Sequence record: SRR22947727_118
DNA length: 44,531 bases
Strand: one strand, 5' to 3'
Under the pieces are notes generated by a model, which had not been told where the DNA came from, did not search any database, and was given only the letters and a program-made list of their open reading frames with translations. The translations under genes and the position numbers were made by a program. Every line of letters begins with the position of its first letter. Position 1 is the first letter of the stretch. This document shows positions 34,193 through 43,568 of this stretch, piece by piece.

Positions 34193-34726
34193 TTAGTTAA
34201 CTAATGTAACGGATCTTCTATTTTGTGCCCACGCGCCGTCATTTGAACCTACAACAGCAGGTCTTTCCTTACCATATGAAATAGTTGAGATCCTATCGGA
34301 CGATATTCCAAGACTAATTAGGTAATTTTTGACTGATTGAGCTCTTTTTTCACCTAATGCAAGGTTATATTCTCTTGTTCCTCTTTCATCGCAGTGACCT
34401 TCAACAATGACAGATACATCTGAGTACTGTTTAAGCCAAGCAACTTGATCTTGAAGAAGCTCTTGAGCATCTGAATCTAAATCAGAACTATCATAATTGA
34501 AAAAAACTCGATCCCCTACATTTACAATCAAATCTTCTTGGGAACCAGGCGCTATTGAAGCTGATTCAGGACTAGTCTCTGTAATGGTACCTTCTTCACT
34601 AGATGAAACATCTGAGGAAGAAGATGAAGATCCAGATCCTGATGAGTCTGCAGTATCTTTTGGAGTCGTAGAACAAGCTGCTAAAAAAAATACTAAAAGT
34701 GCGCTCGTAAATAATTTTATAACCAT
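34193..34726 (-). CDS. pal: Peptidoglycan-associated lipoprotein Pal
   Basis: Lipobox LAAC, Ser-rich linker, OmpA domain VFF.YD, EGHCDERGTREYNLALGE.RA, SYGKERP, NRR. Confidence 0.98.
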   Translation of the reverse strand: MVIKLFTSALLVFFLAACSTTPKDTADSSGSGSSSSSSDVSSSEEGTITETSPESASIAPGSQEDLIVNVGDRVFFNYDSSDLDSDAQELLQDQVAWLKQYSDVSVIVEGHCDERGTREYNLALGEKRAQSVKNYLISLGISSDRISTISYGKERPAVVGSNDGAWAQNRRSVTLVN

Positions 34727-34832
34727 ATAAAATATCTCCTGATGTGTAATATCTTTAAAATCTAGAAATTAATTAACATTTTTTTAATTAATTCATATGT
34801 TTTTTTTAAAAAAAAATGATTTTAAAGAATAT

Positions 34833-36146
34833 TTAATGCATTAAAGGTGACCATGCTGGGTCTGAAGCACCCAAAGGAGTAATTATCTTTCTTTCATTAT
34901 ATCCAGTCAAATCAATAGAATACAAGCTAGATTCGCCACCACTTCCATCAGAGGCTGTTCTTTCTTCTTTAAAGTACATTAAATATCTCCCATTAGGAGA
35001 CCAAGTTGGTCCTTCAACATGAAACGATTTAGCGATCATTCTTTCATTTGAACCATCAATTTCCATTACACCAATATAAAATTGGCCACCCTCTTGTTTT
35101 GTAAAAGCAATCATATCGCCTCTTGGAGACCATACAGGCGTGTAATAACTTCCAGCCTCTCTACTAATTCTTTTTAAATTTTTACCATTAATATCAATTA
35201 TGTATATGTGCCTCCTTCCAGTTCTATCAGAATTAAAAACTATATTTTTTCCATCTGGAGAAAAACTTCCTGATACGTCAATAGATGAATTATCGGTAAT
35301 TCTTTTTGAAATTCTTGTTTGAAGATCTAAAATATATATTTCTGAGTTTCCTACATCAGGATCAGAATACGACATAACAATTTTTGAACCATCTGGTGAA
35401 AAGCGTGGGGCAAAGGTCATTCCTGGAAACTCACCCACTATCTCTTGTTGACCTGTCTCGATGTCAAAAATAAAAACTCTTGGACTGTTTAATTTGGCGT
35501 AAGACATGTATGTGATTTTTTGAGAGTTAGGAGAAAATCTTGGAGTTAAGACTAAGTAAGATCCGTCAGTTAAAAAACGATGATTAGCTTGATCTTGATC
35601 CATAATCGCTAATCTCTTTTGTCTATTATCTTTAGGTCCTGTCTCAGCAACATATACAATTCTAGTATCAAAAAAACCACCCTCACCTGTAATTCTCTGG
35701 AAAATAGCATCTGAAATTATATGGGCAATTCTTCTCCAATTATTTTTACTTGTTTCATACCTTTTACCTACAATTTGTTTCTGCGCAAAAACATCAAATA
35801 ATCTAAATTCAACAGATATTTTATTTCCATTATTAACTATTTTACCTGATAAGAGATGTTGAGCTTTTAAAATCTTCCAATCTTCAAACCTTGGCTGATC
35901 TAGCAAAGACTCATTAGACTGTATGAAAGCTTTTTTATCAATCGAAATAAATAGTCCTGATCTTTCTAAATTATCAGAAACGACAGATGAAATATTCTCA
36001 CCAAGTTTTTCTAACGATGAGTCGGCTGAATATAGATTCGTTATAGCTATTGGAGTTGGCTTTACCGTACCTTGACTTAATGTTAATTCCAGTGCATTAG
36101 CTTTAATAAATATTAAGCAGAAAACTATTGTTAAGATATATTTCAT
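34833..36146 (-). CDS. tolB: Tol-Pal beta-propeller protein TolB
   Basis: Signal peptide, R.IAH.ISD.I...ITG..G.F.TRI, repeated PD40 motifs (P.FSP.G / P.WSP.G), C-terminal DPAWSP. Confidence 0.98.
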   Translation of the reverse strand: MKYILTIVFCLIFIKANALELTLSQGTVKPTPIAITNLYSADSSLEKLGENISSVVSDNLERSGLFISIDKKAFIQSNESLLDQPRFEDWKILKAQHLLSGKIVNNGNKISVEFRLFDVFAQKQIVGKRYETSKNNWRRIAHIISDAIFQRITGEGGFFDTRIVYVAETGPKDNRQKRLAIMDQDQANHRFLTDGSYLVLTPRFSPNSQKITYMSYAKLNSPRVFIFDIETGQQEIVGEFPGMTFAPRFSPDGSKIVMSYSDPDVGNSEIYILDLQTRISKRITDNSSIDVSGSFSPDGKNIVFNSDRTGRRHIYIIDINGKNLKRISREAGSYYTPVWSPRGDMIAFTKQEGGQFYIGVMEIDGSNERMIAKSFHVEGPTWSPNGRYLMYFKEERTASDGSGGESSLYSIDLTGYNERKIITPLGASDPAWSPLMH

Positions 36147-36155
36147 ATTTAATAA

Positions 36156-37196
36156 TTAATTTTTAATCCAACTATAATCTATTGTTATTTTTAAATCTTT
36201 CCATGACTCATATTTATTAAGAGGCAATTTTAATTGTGAGCACAACGGGTTATAAAGTGTTGCAACTGCACTTTCTGTAATTGCTTTATAATATGGATTA
36301 CTTTTATTTATATTTGTGTCAATAATTTGTACAGTGTCTTTTCTTACATTTGCTGCTCTATCAATTTTTGCACTGATTTTCACCATTTCATCCCCTATAA
36401 TCTGCGTTCCAGCCCTAGGATTAAAACAACTTCTTAGTTGTTGTATTACTAAATCCATTTCAGAAATGGATACTTCTAAATTTTCTTTAATATTTGTTTC
36501 ATCTGCATTATTTTCTAATTTTTTTTCATTATTATCATCTTCAATAATATTTGAAACTTCTTCATTTCTGAGGTCTTTAAGAACAGATGCAATATTAAAA
36601 TCCGGTTGTGGTTTTTGAATAGGCTTTGGCTTATCTATAATTTTTTTTTCTTCATTTTTTTTTATTTCTGGTTTTATTTTATTTTGTATTGTCATATCGC
36701 TTTTAGGTTCTATTTTTTCTATAGATTTAGGCTTTAATTTTGGTTTAATTTTATCTAGTGTAATTGTTTCTAATTTTGTTATTTTCTCTTCTTTTGAAAT
36801 ATTAATTTTTTTTGTCTCTAATTTAGGAGTAGAAAAAGTATTATCAGTTTTATTTTCATTTTGAGTTATGTTTTTTTTAGGTTTTTCCTGTAAATTTATT
36901 TTTTGAACTTCGGTATTTTCTGATGAATTAAATTTTTTTTGTTTAATTTTTTTTGACTCATTTATATTAGTTTCTAAAATTTCTTTTTTTGGGGCTAACG
37001 AAGTTACATCTGAAATATTTAATATTTCTATAGGAATAATTTGCGGCATTGGAATTTTGTTAGGTTTAAAAAAATCAGGCAAGCCAATAGCGAATAATAA
37101 AAGAGATAAATGAAAAAAAAGAGAAAAATAAATACCGAGATGCGTTGGTTTAGCATTATCAATAAAGTCAAAAACTCTAAGATAAATGGATTGCAT
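36156..37196 (-). CDS. tolA: TolA
   Basis: TM helix with SxxxH (SLFFH), K/P/E-rich linker, C-terminal domain with two Cys; between tolR and tolB. Confidence 0.82.
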   Translation of the reverse strand: MQSIYLRVFDFIDNAKPTHLGIYFSLFFHLSLLLFAIGLPDFFKPNKIPMPQIIPIEILNISDVTSLAPKKEILETNINESKKIKQKKFNSSENTEVQKINLQEKPKKNITQNENKTDNTFSTPKLETKKINISKEEKITKLETITLDKIKPKLKPKSIEKIEPKSDMTIQNKIKPEIKKNEEKKIIDKPKPIQKPQPDFNIASVLKDLRNEEVSNIIEDDNNEKKLENNADETNIKENLEVSISEMDLVIQQLRSCFNPRAGTQIIGDEMVKISAKIDRAANVRKDTVQIIDTNINKSNPYYKAITESAVATLYNPLCSQLKLPLNKYESWKDLKITIDYSWIKN

Positions 37197-37200
37197 AAAT

Positions 37201-37632
37201 CTAATTATCTTTGGGATTTTGTGTAACTAGTGCTACTTTAATATATCCGGCAGAATTAACTAATGACATAATTTCCATTATCCTTCCATAGGCAACAACT
37301 CTGTCACCTCTTACGTAGATTCTTGCTTCTTTATTTAACTCAGTTATTGCATTTAATCTTGGTATTAAATTTTCTACATTAACTTCAGATTCACCAAGAT
37401 AGATTTCCCCTCCAATTTTAACAGTTATTTCTAAAGGATCTTTTTGATCAGTTAATGCTGAAGCTTTAACTTTAGGTAAATCAACGGGAATTCCCACTGT
37501 TAATAATGGCGCTGTTACCATAAAAACTATAAGAAGAACTAACATTACATCAACAAAAGGAGTGACATTAATTTCACTCATTTGAGAATATCTTTTTCGT
37601 TTTCTACCTGAGTTACTATTTAAGTTTATCAA
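37201..37632 (-). CDS. tolR: TolR
   Basis: SEINVTPFVDVMLVLLIVFMVTAP, RGD..V.YG..M; TTG start. Confidence 0.97.
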   Translation of the reverse strand: MINLNSNSGRKRKRYSQMSEINVTPFVDVMLVLLIVFMVTAPLLTVGIPVDLPKVKASALTDQKDPLEITVKIGGEIYLGESEVNVENLIPRLNAITELNKEARIYVRGDRVVAYGRIMEIMSLVNSAGYIKVALVTQNPKDN

Positions 37633-37633
37633 A

Positions 37634-38353
37634 TTATTTCTTCTCTAGTTGTCTAAAAAAAATTGTAGTGAACTCATCCATAAAGGTTTCTAAGGAAATA
37701 AAATACTTTGATATATCGCTTGATATTTTATTGTAAGCTACAACTGCAGGAATTGCAACAAACAGACCAAGCGCAGTTGCAAACAATGCCTCAGCAATTC
37801 CCGGAGCAACGACTGATAGATTTGTATTTTGAGCAACAGCAATAGATTTAAAACTATTCATAATACCCCAAACAGTTCCAAATAAACCTACAAAAGGAGC
37901 GGTAGATCCTGATGTAGCTAAAAAGGTTAAATTTTTCTCAACTATCTCAGTTTCTTTATTAAATGTGACTATCATAGATCTTTGCATTCGATCTTTTAAA
38001 GAAGAGGTATCTGAATGTATTTCTCCATCATAATTTGATTTACTTTTTTTCCATTCAGAAATAGCTGCACAAAATATTTTTGACTTTGGATCGAGTTTAT
38101 TAAAATTTAAAGTTTCATATAAATCTTCAAAAGAATTGCCAGACCAAAATATCTCATCAAATTCTTTTTCCATTTGTTTTAATTTTCTTAATCTCATCAG
38201 TTTAGATACAATTATGCTCCATGAATAAATTGAAGCGAAAATTAATATTAGAATAACTGATTTAACTACAAGGTCTGCACTCATAAACAATGCAAACATA
38301 GAAAAATCTACATTCTCGGAGGTTATATTGGTAACAGTATTTACTTCTTCCAT
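37634..38353 (-). CDS. tolQ: TolQ
   Basis: FE..FWSG, FLAT.GS.APFVGLFGTVWGIM.SF, VAPGIAEAL.ATA.GL. Confidence 0.98.
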   Translation of the reverse strand: MEEVNTVTNITSENVDFSMFALFMSADLVVKSVILILIFASIYSWSIIVSKLMRLRKLKQMEKEFDEIFWSGNSFEDLYETLNFNKLDPKSKIFCAAISEWKKSKSNYDGEIHSDTSSLKDRMQRSMIVTFNKETEIVEKNLTFLATSGSTAPFVGLFGTVWGIMNSFKSIAVAQNTNLSVVAPGIAEALFATALGLFVAIPAVVAYNKISSDISKYFISLETFMDEFTTIFFRQLEKK

Positions 38354-38676
38354 TATTCAGTATCCATTATTTTTTTAAGATCTTCATCTTTAATTTTTAC
38401 AAGATCATCGCTATGCACCATTATCCAAAAACCTGGTCTATTTTTTTCACATAAAGCAATAACTGGAGTTTTTCCCTCAGTTTTAGCAATTTTAGCTGTA
38501 TCATCCCATAGTGAAACAACAGTATGTTTGGCTCTTAATTTACATTCAATAAAAAGATTATCGTGAATAACGTCAGCACGTGTTACTTTTCCATTTCCTC
38601 CACTTAGAGGTGTTCTTGTACCATTAAAATATCTGGCAACGTCTCTCTCTCTTTTTTTCCATGCTTTATCAGGCAT
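38353..38676 (-). CDS. PD-(D/E)XK nuclease, putative Hjc-type (archaeal/phage-like) Holliday junction resolvase
   Basis: 107 aa: E10-R11, R21-x3-SG, D35, E44-C-K46, matching the Hjc pattern ER...R...SG...D...IExK; SD-like AAAGGA upstream; stop overlaps the tolQ ATG. Confidence 0.75.
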   Translation of the reverse strand: MPDKAWKKRERDVARYFNGTRTPLSGGNGKVTRADVIHDNLFIECKLRAKHTVVSLWDDTAKIAKTEGKTPVIALCEKNRPGFWIMVHSDDLVKIKDEDLKKIMDTE

Positions 38677-38691
38677 ATTTTTTTCCTTTCA

Positions 38692-39441
38692 CTATGCTGT
38701 TAAAGAAGCTAACACTTCATCACTTACATCAAAATTTGATGAAACTGCTTGAACGTCTTCATTTTCTTCTAATATATTTAATAATTTAAATAACGTATCT
38801 GCTTTATCTTTTGATACGGTAATTTCGTTTTCACTTTTCCAAATTAAGCCTGTAAAATTAGTTTGACCAAATTTTTCTATGATTTTTTGATTAAGCTGAT
38901 GAAGATTTTTTTGATCACAATAAATATTATATTCATCATCATTAAGTTCATAATCTTCTGATCCATTTTCAACAATGAAATCAAAAAGCTCCTCTTCATT
39001 AATGTTGCTTTTATTGAGTATTATACTTCCTAACCTTTTAAAACCAAAGCTTACACTTCCTGTTTCTCCAAGGTTGCCTCCATATTTACTAAAAGTAGAT
39101 CTTACTTCTGCTGCAGTTCTATTTTTATTATTTGTTAATGCCTCAACAATTATCGCAACACCTTCTGGCCCATATCCTTCATATCTAACTTCTTCATAAT
39201 TACTATCAGGGTCGTTACCTTCACCCTTTTTAATAGCTCTTTCAATGTTATCTTTTGGCATGTTTAAGGATTTGGCTGAACCAATAGCAGATCTTAATCT
39301 TATATTTTTTTCTGGATCTGGCCCACCCTCTTTAACAGCAACAGAAATTTCTCTACCTAACCTAGAAAAAATTTTTGCCCTTTTCTTATCTTGCGCACCT
39401 TTACGATGCATAATGTTTTTAAATTTGGAATGACCTGCCAT
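38692..39441 (-). CDS. yebC: YebC/PmpR family protein
   Basis: MAGHSKFKNI.HRKG.QD.KR, MPKDNIERAI, YEGYGP.GVA..VE.LT.N.NRT. Confidence 0.98.
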   Translation of the reverse strand: MAGHSKFKNIMHRKGAQDKKRAKIFSRLGREISVAVKEGGPDPEKNIRLRSAIGSAKSLNMPKDNIERAIKKGEGNDPDSNYEEVRYEGYGPEGVAIIVEALTNNKNRTAAEVRSTFSKYGGNLGETGSVSFGFKRLGSIILNKSNINEEELFDFIVENGSEDYELNDDEYNIYCDQKNLHQLNQKIIEKFGQTNFTGLIWKSENEITVSKDKADTLFKLLNILEENEDVQAVSSNFDVSDEVLASLTA

Positions 39442-39518
39442 AGTTCTATATAAATATTTTATTCGTGATCGGTAAAGAGATTAAATATGTGAATATTGTG
39501 GCTAATATATGTAAAATT

Positions 39519-40307
39519 TTAAATTTGAAAAGGTTCGATTTTTATAGATAAACCTGTCTTATCATCTGTTTCAATAAATACACCGCATATAGTTATTTTC
39601 TCATCAGCCGGAAAAAACCTACCTTCAGCCCTGTATCCTTTTACAAATCCATGAATTGGATTTACTTTATCCATTCCTATTACAGAATTATAATCGCCTG
39701 TCATTCCCACATCTGTTTGATAAGCGGTACCCCCACTGAGAATTTTAGCATCCGCTGTAGGAATATGTGTGTGTGTTCCTAAGATAGCTGATACTTTTCC
39801 ATCAAAAAAATGACTGAAAGCATTTTTTTCAGAAGTTGTTTCTCCATGCATATCAATTAAAATAGCATTAGTCGTAGCTCCAATTTTTTCTTTTTGTAAA
39901 TATTTTTTAGTTACACTAAATGGATCATCTAAGGAAAGTCCCATAAATAGTCTCAACATTACTTGAACTATTATTATTTTTCTTCCATCATTGAGCTCTA
40001 ACTCGTAAAATCCTTTTCCTGGAACTCCTTCAGGATAATTCAAAGCTCTTACTATTTTAGGGCATTCCTCTATGTATGATAGCATTTCTTTTTGATCCCA
40101 AGCATGATTACCTAAAGTTATAACATCAACACCTGATTCTAATAATTGAACTGCTATTTTTTTTGTTAAACCATACCCGGCAGCAGAATTTTCAGCATTC
40201 GCGATAATAACATCGGAAACATATTTGGATTTAATATCAGGTATTTTTTTTATTAAAGTCTCTCTTGCTTGTTTACCAACTATATCACCAATAAAAATAA
40301 TTTTCAT
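39519..40307 (-). CDS. YmdB-like (TIGR00282) metallophosphoesterase
   Basis: FIGDIVG, NAENSA.G.G, TLGNH.WD, D.HGETTSEK, GTHTHIPT.D, TDVGMTG. Confidence 0.95.
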   Translation of the reverse strand: MKIIFIGDIVGKQARETLIKKIPDIKSKYVSDVIIANAENSAAGYGLTKKIAVQLLESGVDVITLGNHAWDQKEMLSYIEECPKIVRALNYPEGVPGKGFYELELNDGRKIIIVQVMLRLFMGLSLDDPFSVTKKYLQKEKIGATTNAILIDMHGETTSEKNAFSHFFDGKVSAILGTHTHIPTADAKILSGGTAYQTDVGMTGDYNSVIGMDKVNPIHGFVKGYRAEGRFFPADEKITICGVFIETDDKTGLSIKIEPFQI

Positions 40308-40888
40308 AAAAAAGTGTATAGTTGTTTTTCAGTCAAAACAAAATCTAATTTATAATCAAATTTTTCAACAGGTAGTTTATTTTGTTTTTGATCATCATAT
40401 GCAAAACCAACAGTATAAAAAGCTAAATTTAATTTTTTTAATTTTGCAAAAGTTTTATCATAAAATCCTCCCCCGTACCCAATTCTAAATCCTTCAAAAT
40501 CAAAACCTAAACAAGGAACAAAAAAGAGTTGGGGGATTATTTCATAATTATCATTCGTTGGCTCTGGAATATTAAATTTACCAATTTTGAATTTTTTATG
40601 AGAATTAGTTGTTTTAAATTTTAGGGTTTCTAAATTTTTTTCAATTACCGGAAATGCCAATTTTTTTTTCATTTTTAGGATTGTTGTATTTAATTGTTTT
40701 GTTGATATCTCTGAACGAATTGACATAAAACTTCCAATGCAATCTATTGCATTGAATTTAATTTGCTCAGTTAGCTGATTAAAGGCCCCAATATTAAACT
40801 CAAGGTTTGTATTTTTTTTAATTAAGTTTCTTTTTTCAGTTAATATTTTTCTTAAATTTTTTTTTTGATTAAGAGTTTCATTCATCAT
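40304..40888 (-). CDS. ygfA: 5-formyltetrahydrofolate cyclo-ligase
   Basis: K..LR....R, EP, VP.L.FD..G.RIGYGGGFYD, E..D..LD...TE. Confidence 0.94.
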   Translation of the reverse strand: MMNETLNQKKNLRKILTEKRNLIKKNTNLEFNIGAFNQLTEQIKFNAIDCIGSFMSIRSEISTKQLNTTILKMKKKLAFPVIEKNLETLKFKTTNSHKKFKIGKFNIPEPTNDNYEIIPQLFFVPCLGFDFEGFRIGYGGGFYDKTFAKLKKLNLAFYTVGFAYDDQKQNKLPVEKFDYKLDFVLTEKQLYTFL

Positions 40889-41297
40889 TTTGAGCTAAAA
40901 TTTTAATTTTAATTTGTGAAAGCTCATGATTTATTTCATCTAATACACTTTCTGTTTTTAATATTTCTTTATCTTTAATCTCTATTTCAAGTTTCAATTG
41001 ATTAACTTTTTCTATAGTATTTTGTAAGTCGTTACTTTTTTGTTCTATTTCTAGTTTTAATAAATCAATATTTTTTTTTTGTAATTTTAATTTATCTTCA
41101 TAATCTTTAATGGAATCTTGAAGCTCTAAACTTATAAGTGTAATAATTTTTAGATCACTGACTTTGCCATGCAAATTTGAAAATTTATTCCAACTTTCAT
41201 TTAGTATGTTAATTGCATTAGTTAATCTCTCTTTTTCATCTTCTAAATATGATAATTTTAATTTTTGATTAAAAACAGTTACTTCAATATCTGGCAT
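40878..41297 (-). CDS. zapA: Cell division protein ZapA (divergent, long C-terminal coiled coil)
   Basis: ZapA-like N-domain (V.V.N....L...E.E..RL...L....G....L.L.D) and conserved position between tkt and ygfA. Confidence 0.65.
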   Translation of the reverse strand: MPDIEVTVFNQKLKLSYLEDEKERLTNAINILNESWNKFSNLHGKVSDLKIITLISLELQDSIKDYEDKLKLQKKNIDLLKLEIEQKSNDLQNTIEKVNQLKLEIEIKDKEILKTESVLDEINHELSQIKIKILAQNDE

Positions 41298-41484
41298 CTT
41301 CTTCTCCTAGAATTTGATCTAACTCATCAATACTCTCGCCTATTCCTTTTTTTAATTTTGAAATCTCCTTTGTCATTTCTTCAATCTTTGATTCTAAAGC
41401 ATTATCATTACCTAATTTTTCAGTAATATTTTTTATTTCTTCGATTGTTTTTTTTATTTGTGATAATTTTTCATTTATTGTCAT
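41284..41484 (-). CDS. Small coiled-coil protein upstream of zapA (DUF4164/ZapB-like by position)
   Basis: 66 aa with heptad pattern, overlaps the zapA start, divergent from tkt. Confidence 0.65.
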   Translation of the reverse strand: MTINEKLSQIKKTIEEIKNITEKLGNDNALESKIEEMTKEISKLKKGIGESIDELDQILGEEDARY

Positions 41485-41523
41485 ATTTTTTTAATAATAA
41501 TATTAATTTAAAATGTCACTTTA

Positions 41524-43551
41524 ATGCAAATAAATATTAGTGTAAAAGACTTCAAATGCCGAGGGATTTTGAAAAATAATAATAAAAATATACATAAAGT
41601 ATCTCAATTAGCAAATTGTATACGCTTTTTAGCGATTGATGCTGTCCAAAAAGCAAACTCTGGGCATCCAGGTATGCCAATGGGTATGGCCGATATAGCA
41701 AATGTTTTGTATGAAAAGCATTTAAAATTTGACCCCAATGATCCTGGATGGATTGATAGAGATAGGCTTATTCTTTCAAATGGGCATGGCTCAATGCTTT
41801 TATATGCTTGTTTATATCTAGCTGGATATAAAGATATAAATCTTGACGATATTAAAAATTTTAGGCAATTAAAATCTCCAACTGCCGGGCATCCAGAGTA
41901 TGGTGAACTTGACGGAATTGAGACAACAACAGGCCCATTGTCTCAAGGACTTTCAAATGGTGTTGGTTTTGCTATGGCAGAAAAAAAATTATCCTCTTCT
42001 TTGGGTCAAGATTTAATCAATCATTACACATACGTATTTGCTGGTGATGGATGTTTGATGGAAGGCTTAAGCCATGAAGCTTGTAGTTTAGCTGGTCATC
42101 TAAAGTTAAACAAACTTATCGTTTTCTTTGATGATAATTCTATTTCTATAGATGGACCGTTATCGCTAAGTAGTAGCGATGATGTACCTCAAAGATTTAA
42201 ATCTTATGATTGGAATGTATTAACTATTGATGGACATAATCACGGAGAAATAAATGATGCTATAGTGCAAGCTAAAAATTCAGACATGCCCACTCTTATT
42301 TGTTGTAAAACAAAAATTGGTTTTGGTTCACCAAACAAAGAATCTACATCTTCTTCTCACGGCTCTCCTTTGGGTAGTGATGAAATAGAGCTAACTAGAA
42401 AAAAATTAAATTGGGATCATGATCAATTTATCATTCCTGATGACCTTCTAAAGCAATGGAGAGGTTTTGCAAAAAGAAATAAAGAAGTCAAAAATAACTG
42501 GGAAAATTTAAATAAAGATTTTTTAAAAACTGATGAATTTGAAAAATTTTTTAACTTAAAATTAGAAAATAAAACAAAAGAAGAAATAGTAAACTTCAAA
42601 AAAACTTATTCAGTTGATGAAACAAAATATGCAACTCGTAAAGCCAGTGAAAAAAGTCTTGAGCTATTGAATAATCATATACATAATTTTATTGGTGGAT
42701 CGGCTGATCTTACTGGCTCAAATAATACAAAAACTACTGAAATGAGTATTTTTAACGCTGACAATTATAATGGTAGTTATGTTTACTACGGAATTAGAGA
42801 ACACGCTATGGCTGGTGTCATGAATGGATTAGCTCTTCATGGAGGAATTAGAGCTTATGGAGGGACCTTTTTAGTCTTTTCTGATTATTGTAGACCTTCA
42901 ATCAGACTTGCCGCACTTATGAATATACCTGTTATTTATATAATGACACATGACTCAATTGGTCTTGGTGAGGATGGTCCTACTCATCAACCTGTAGAGC
43001 ATTTAGCTGCGTTAAGAGCTATACCAAACTTAAAAGTTATCAGACCATGTGATATGATAGAAACAATAGAATCATGGGAAATTGCCCTAGAGACAAAAAG
43101 CCCAACTGTTCTAGCATTAACTAGACAAGGTCTCCAAACTTTTAAAAGAGAGTCTTATGATAAAAACATGGTTAATAAAGGCGCTTATGTAATTAAAAAT
43201 CACTCTGATTATCATGCTTCAATTTTTGCTTCTGGTTCTGAGGTAGAAATAGCTGTTGAAGCATCAAATAAATTAGAAGAAAAAAATATAAATTTAAGAG
43301 TCATATCATTTCCTTCAATGGAGTTATTTGAAAAACAAGATGCGCATTATAAAAAAGAAATTATAGGCAAAAAACCACTTTTTGCAGTTGAGGCTGGAGT
43401 CATAAATGGATGGGAAAAATACATTAATCATAAAAATTTTATTGGGATGAGTTCTTTTGGAGCAAGTGGTCCATACAAGGATGTCTACAAACATTTTGGG
43501 ATAACGTCTGATGATATTTGTGAGAAAATTCAATTACAATTAAAATTTTAA
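41524..43551 (+). CDS. tkt: Transketolase
   Basis: SGHPGMPMG, LSNGHGSM, TTGPL.QG, GDGCLMEG, GSADL..SN, YGIREHAM, THDSIGLGEDGPTHQP; true start may be TTG 41569 after GAGG. Confidence 0.99.
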   Translation: MQINISVKDFKCRGILKNNNKNIHKVSQLANCIRFLAIDAVQKANSGHPGMPMGMADIANVLYEKHLKFDPNDPGWIDRDRLILSNGHGSMLLYACLYLAGYKDINLDDIKNFRQLKSPTAGHPEYGELDGIETTTGPLSQGLSNGVGFAMAEKKLSSSLGQDLINHYTYVFAGDGCLMEGLSHEACSLAGHLKLNKLIVFFDDNSISIDGPLSLSSSDDVPQRFKSYDWNVLTIDGHNHGEINDAIVQAKNSDMPTLICCKTKIGFGSPNKESTSSSHGSPLGSDEIELTRKKLNWDHDQFIIPDDLLKQWRGFAKRNKEVKNNWENLNKDFLKTDEFEKFFNLKLENKTKEEIVNFKKTYSVDETKYATRKASEKSLELLNNHIHNFIGGSADLTGSNNTKTTEMSIFNADNYNGSYVYYGIREHAMAGVMNGLALHGGIRAYGGTFLVFSDYCRPSIRLAALMNIPVIYIMTHDSIGLGEDGPTHQPVEHLAALRAIPNLKVIRPCDMIETIESWEIALETKSPTVLALTRQGLQTFKRESYDKNMVNKGAYVIKNHSDYHASIFASGSEVEIAVEASNKLEEKNINLRVISFPSMELFEKQDAHYKKEIIGKKPLFAVEAGVINGWEKYINHKNFIGMSSFGASGPYKDVYKHFGITSDDICEKIQLQLKF

Positions 43552-43568
43552 AACAAGAGAGGAAGACA

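Noticed and set aside
34590-34655. GAA/GAT-rich quasi-repeats
   Set aside because: They encode the Ser/Gly-rich linker of Pal and are not a DNA repeat element or CRISPR array.
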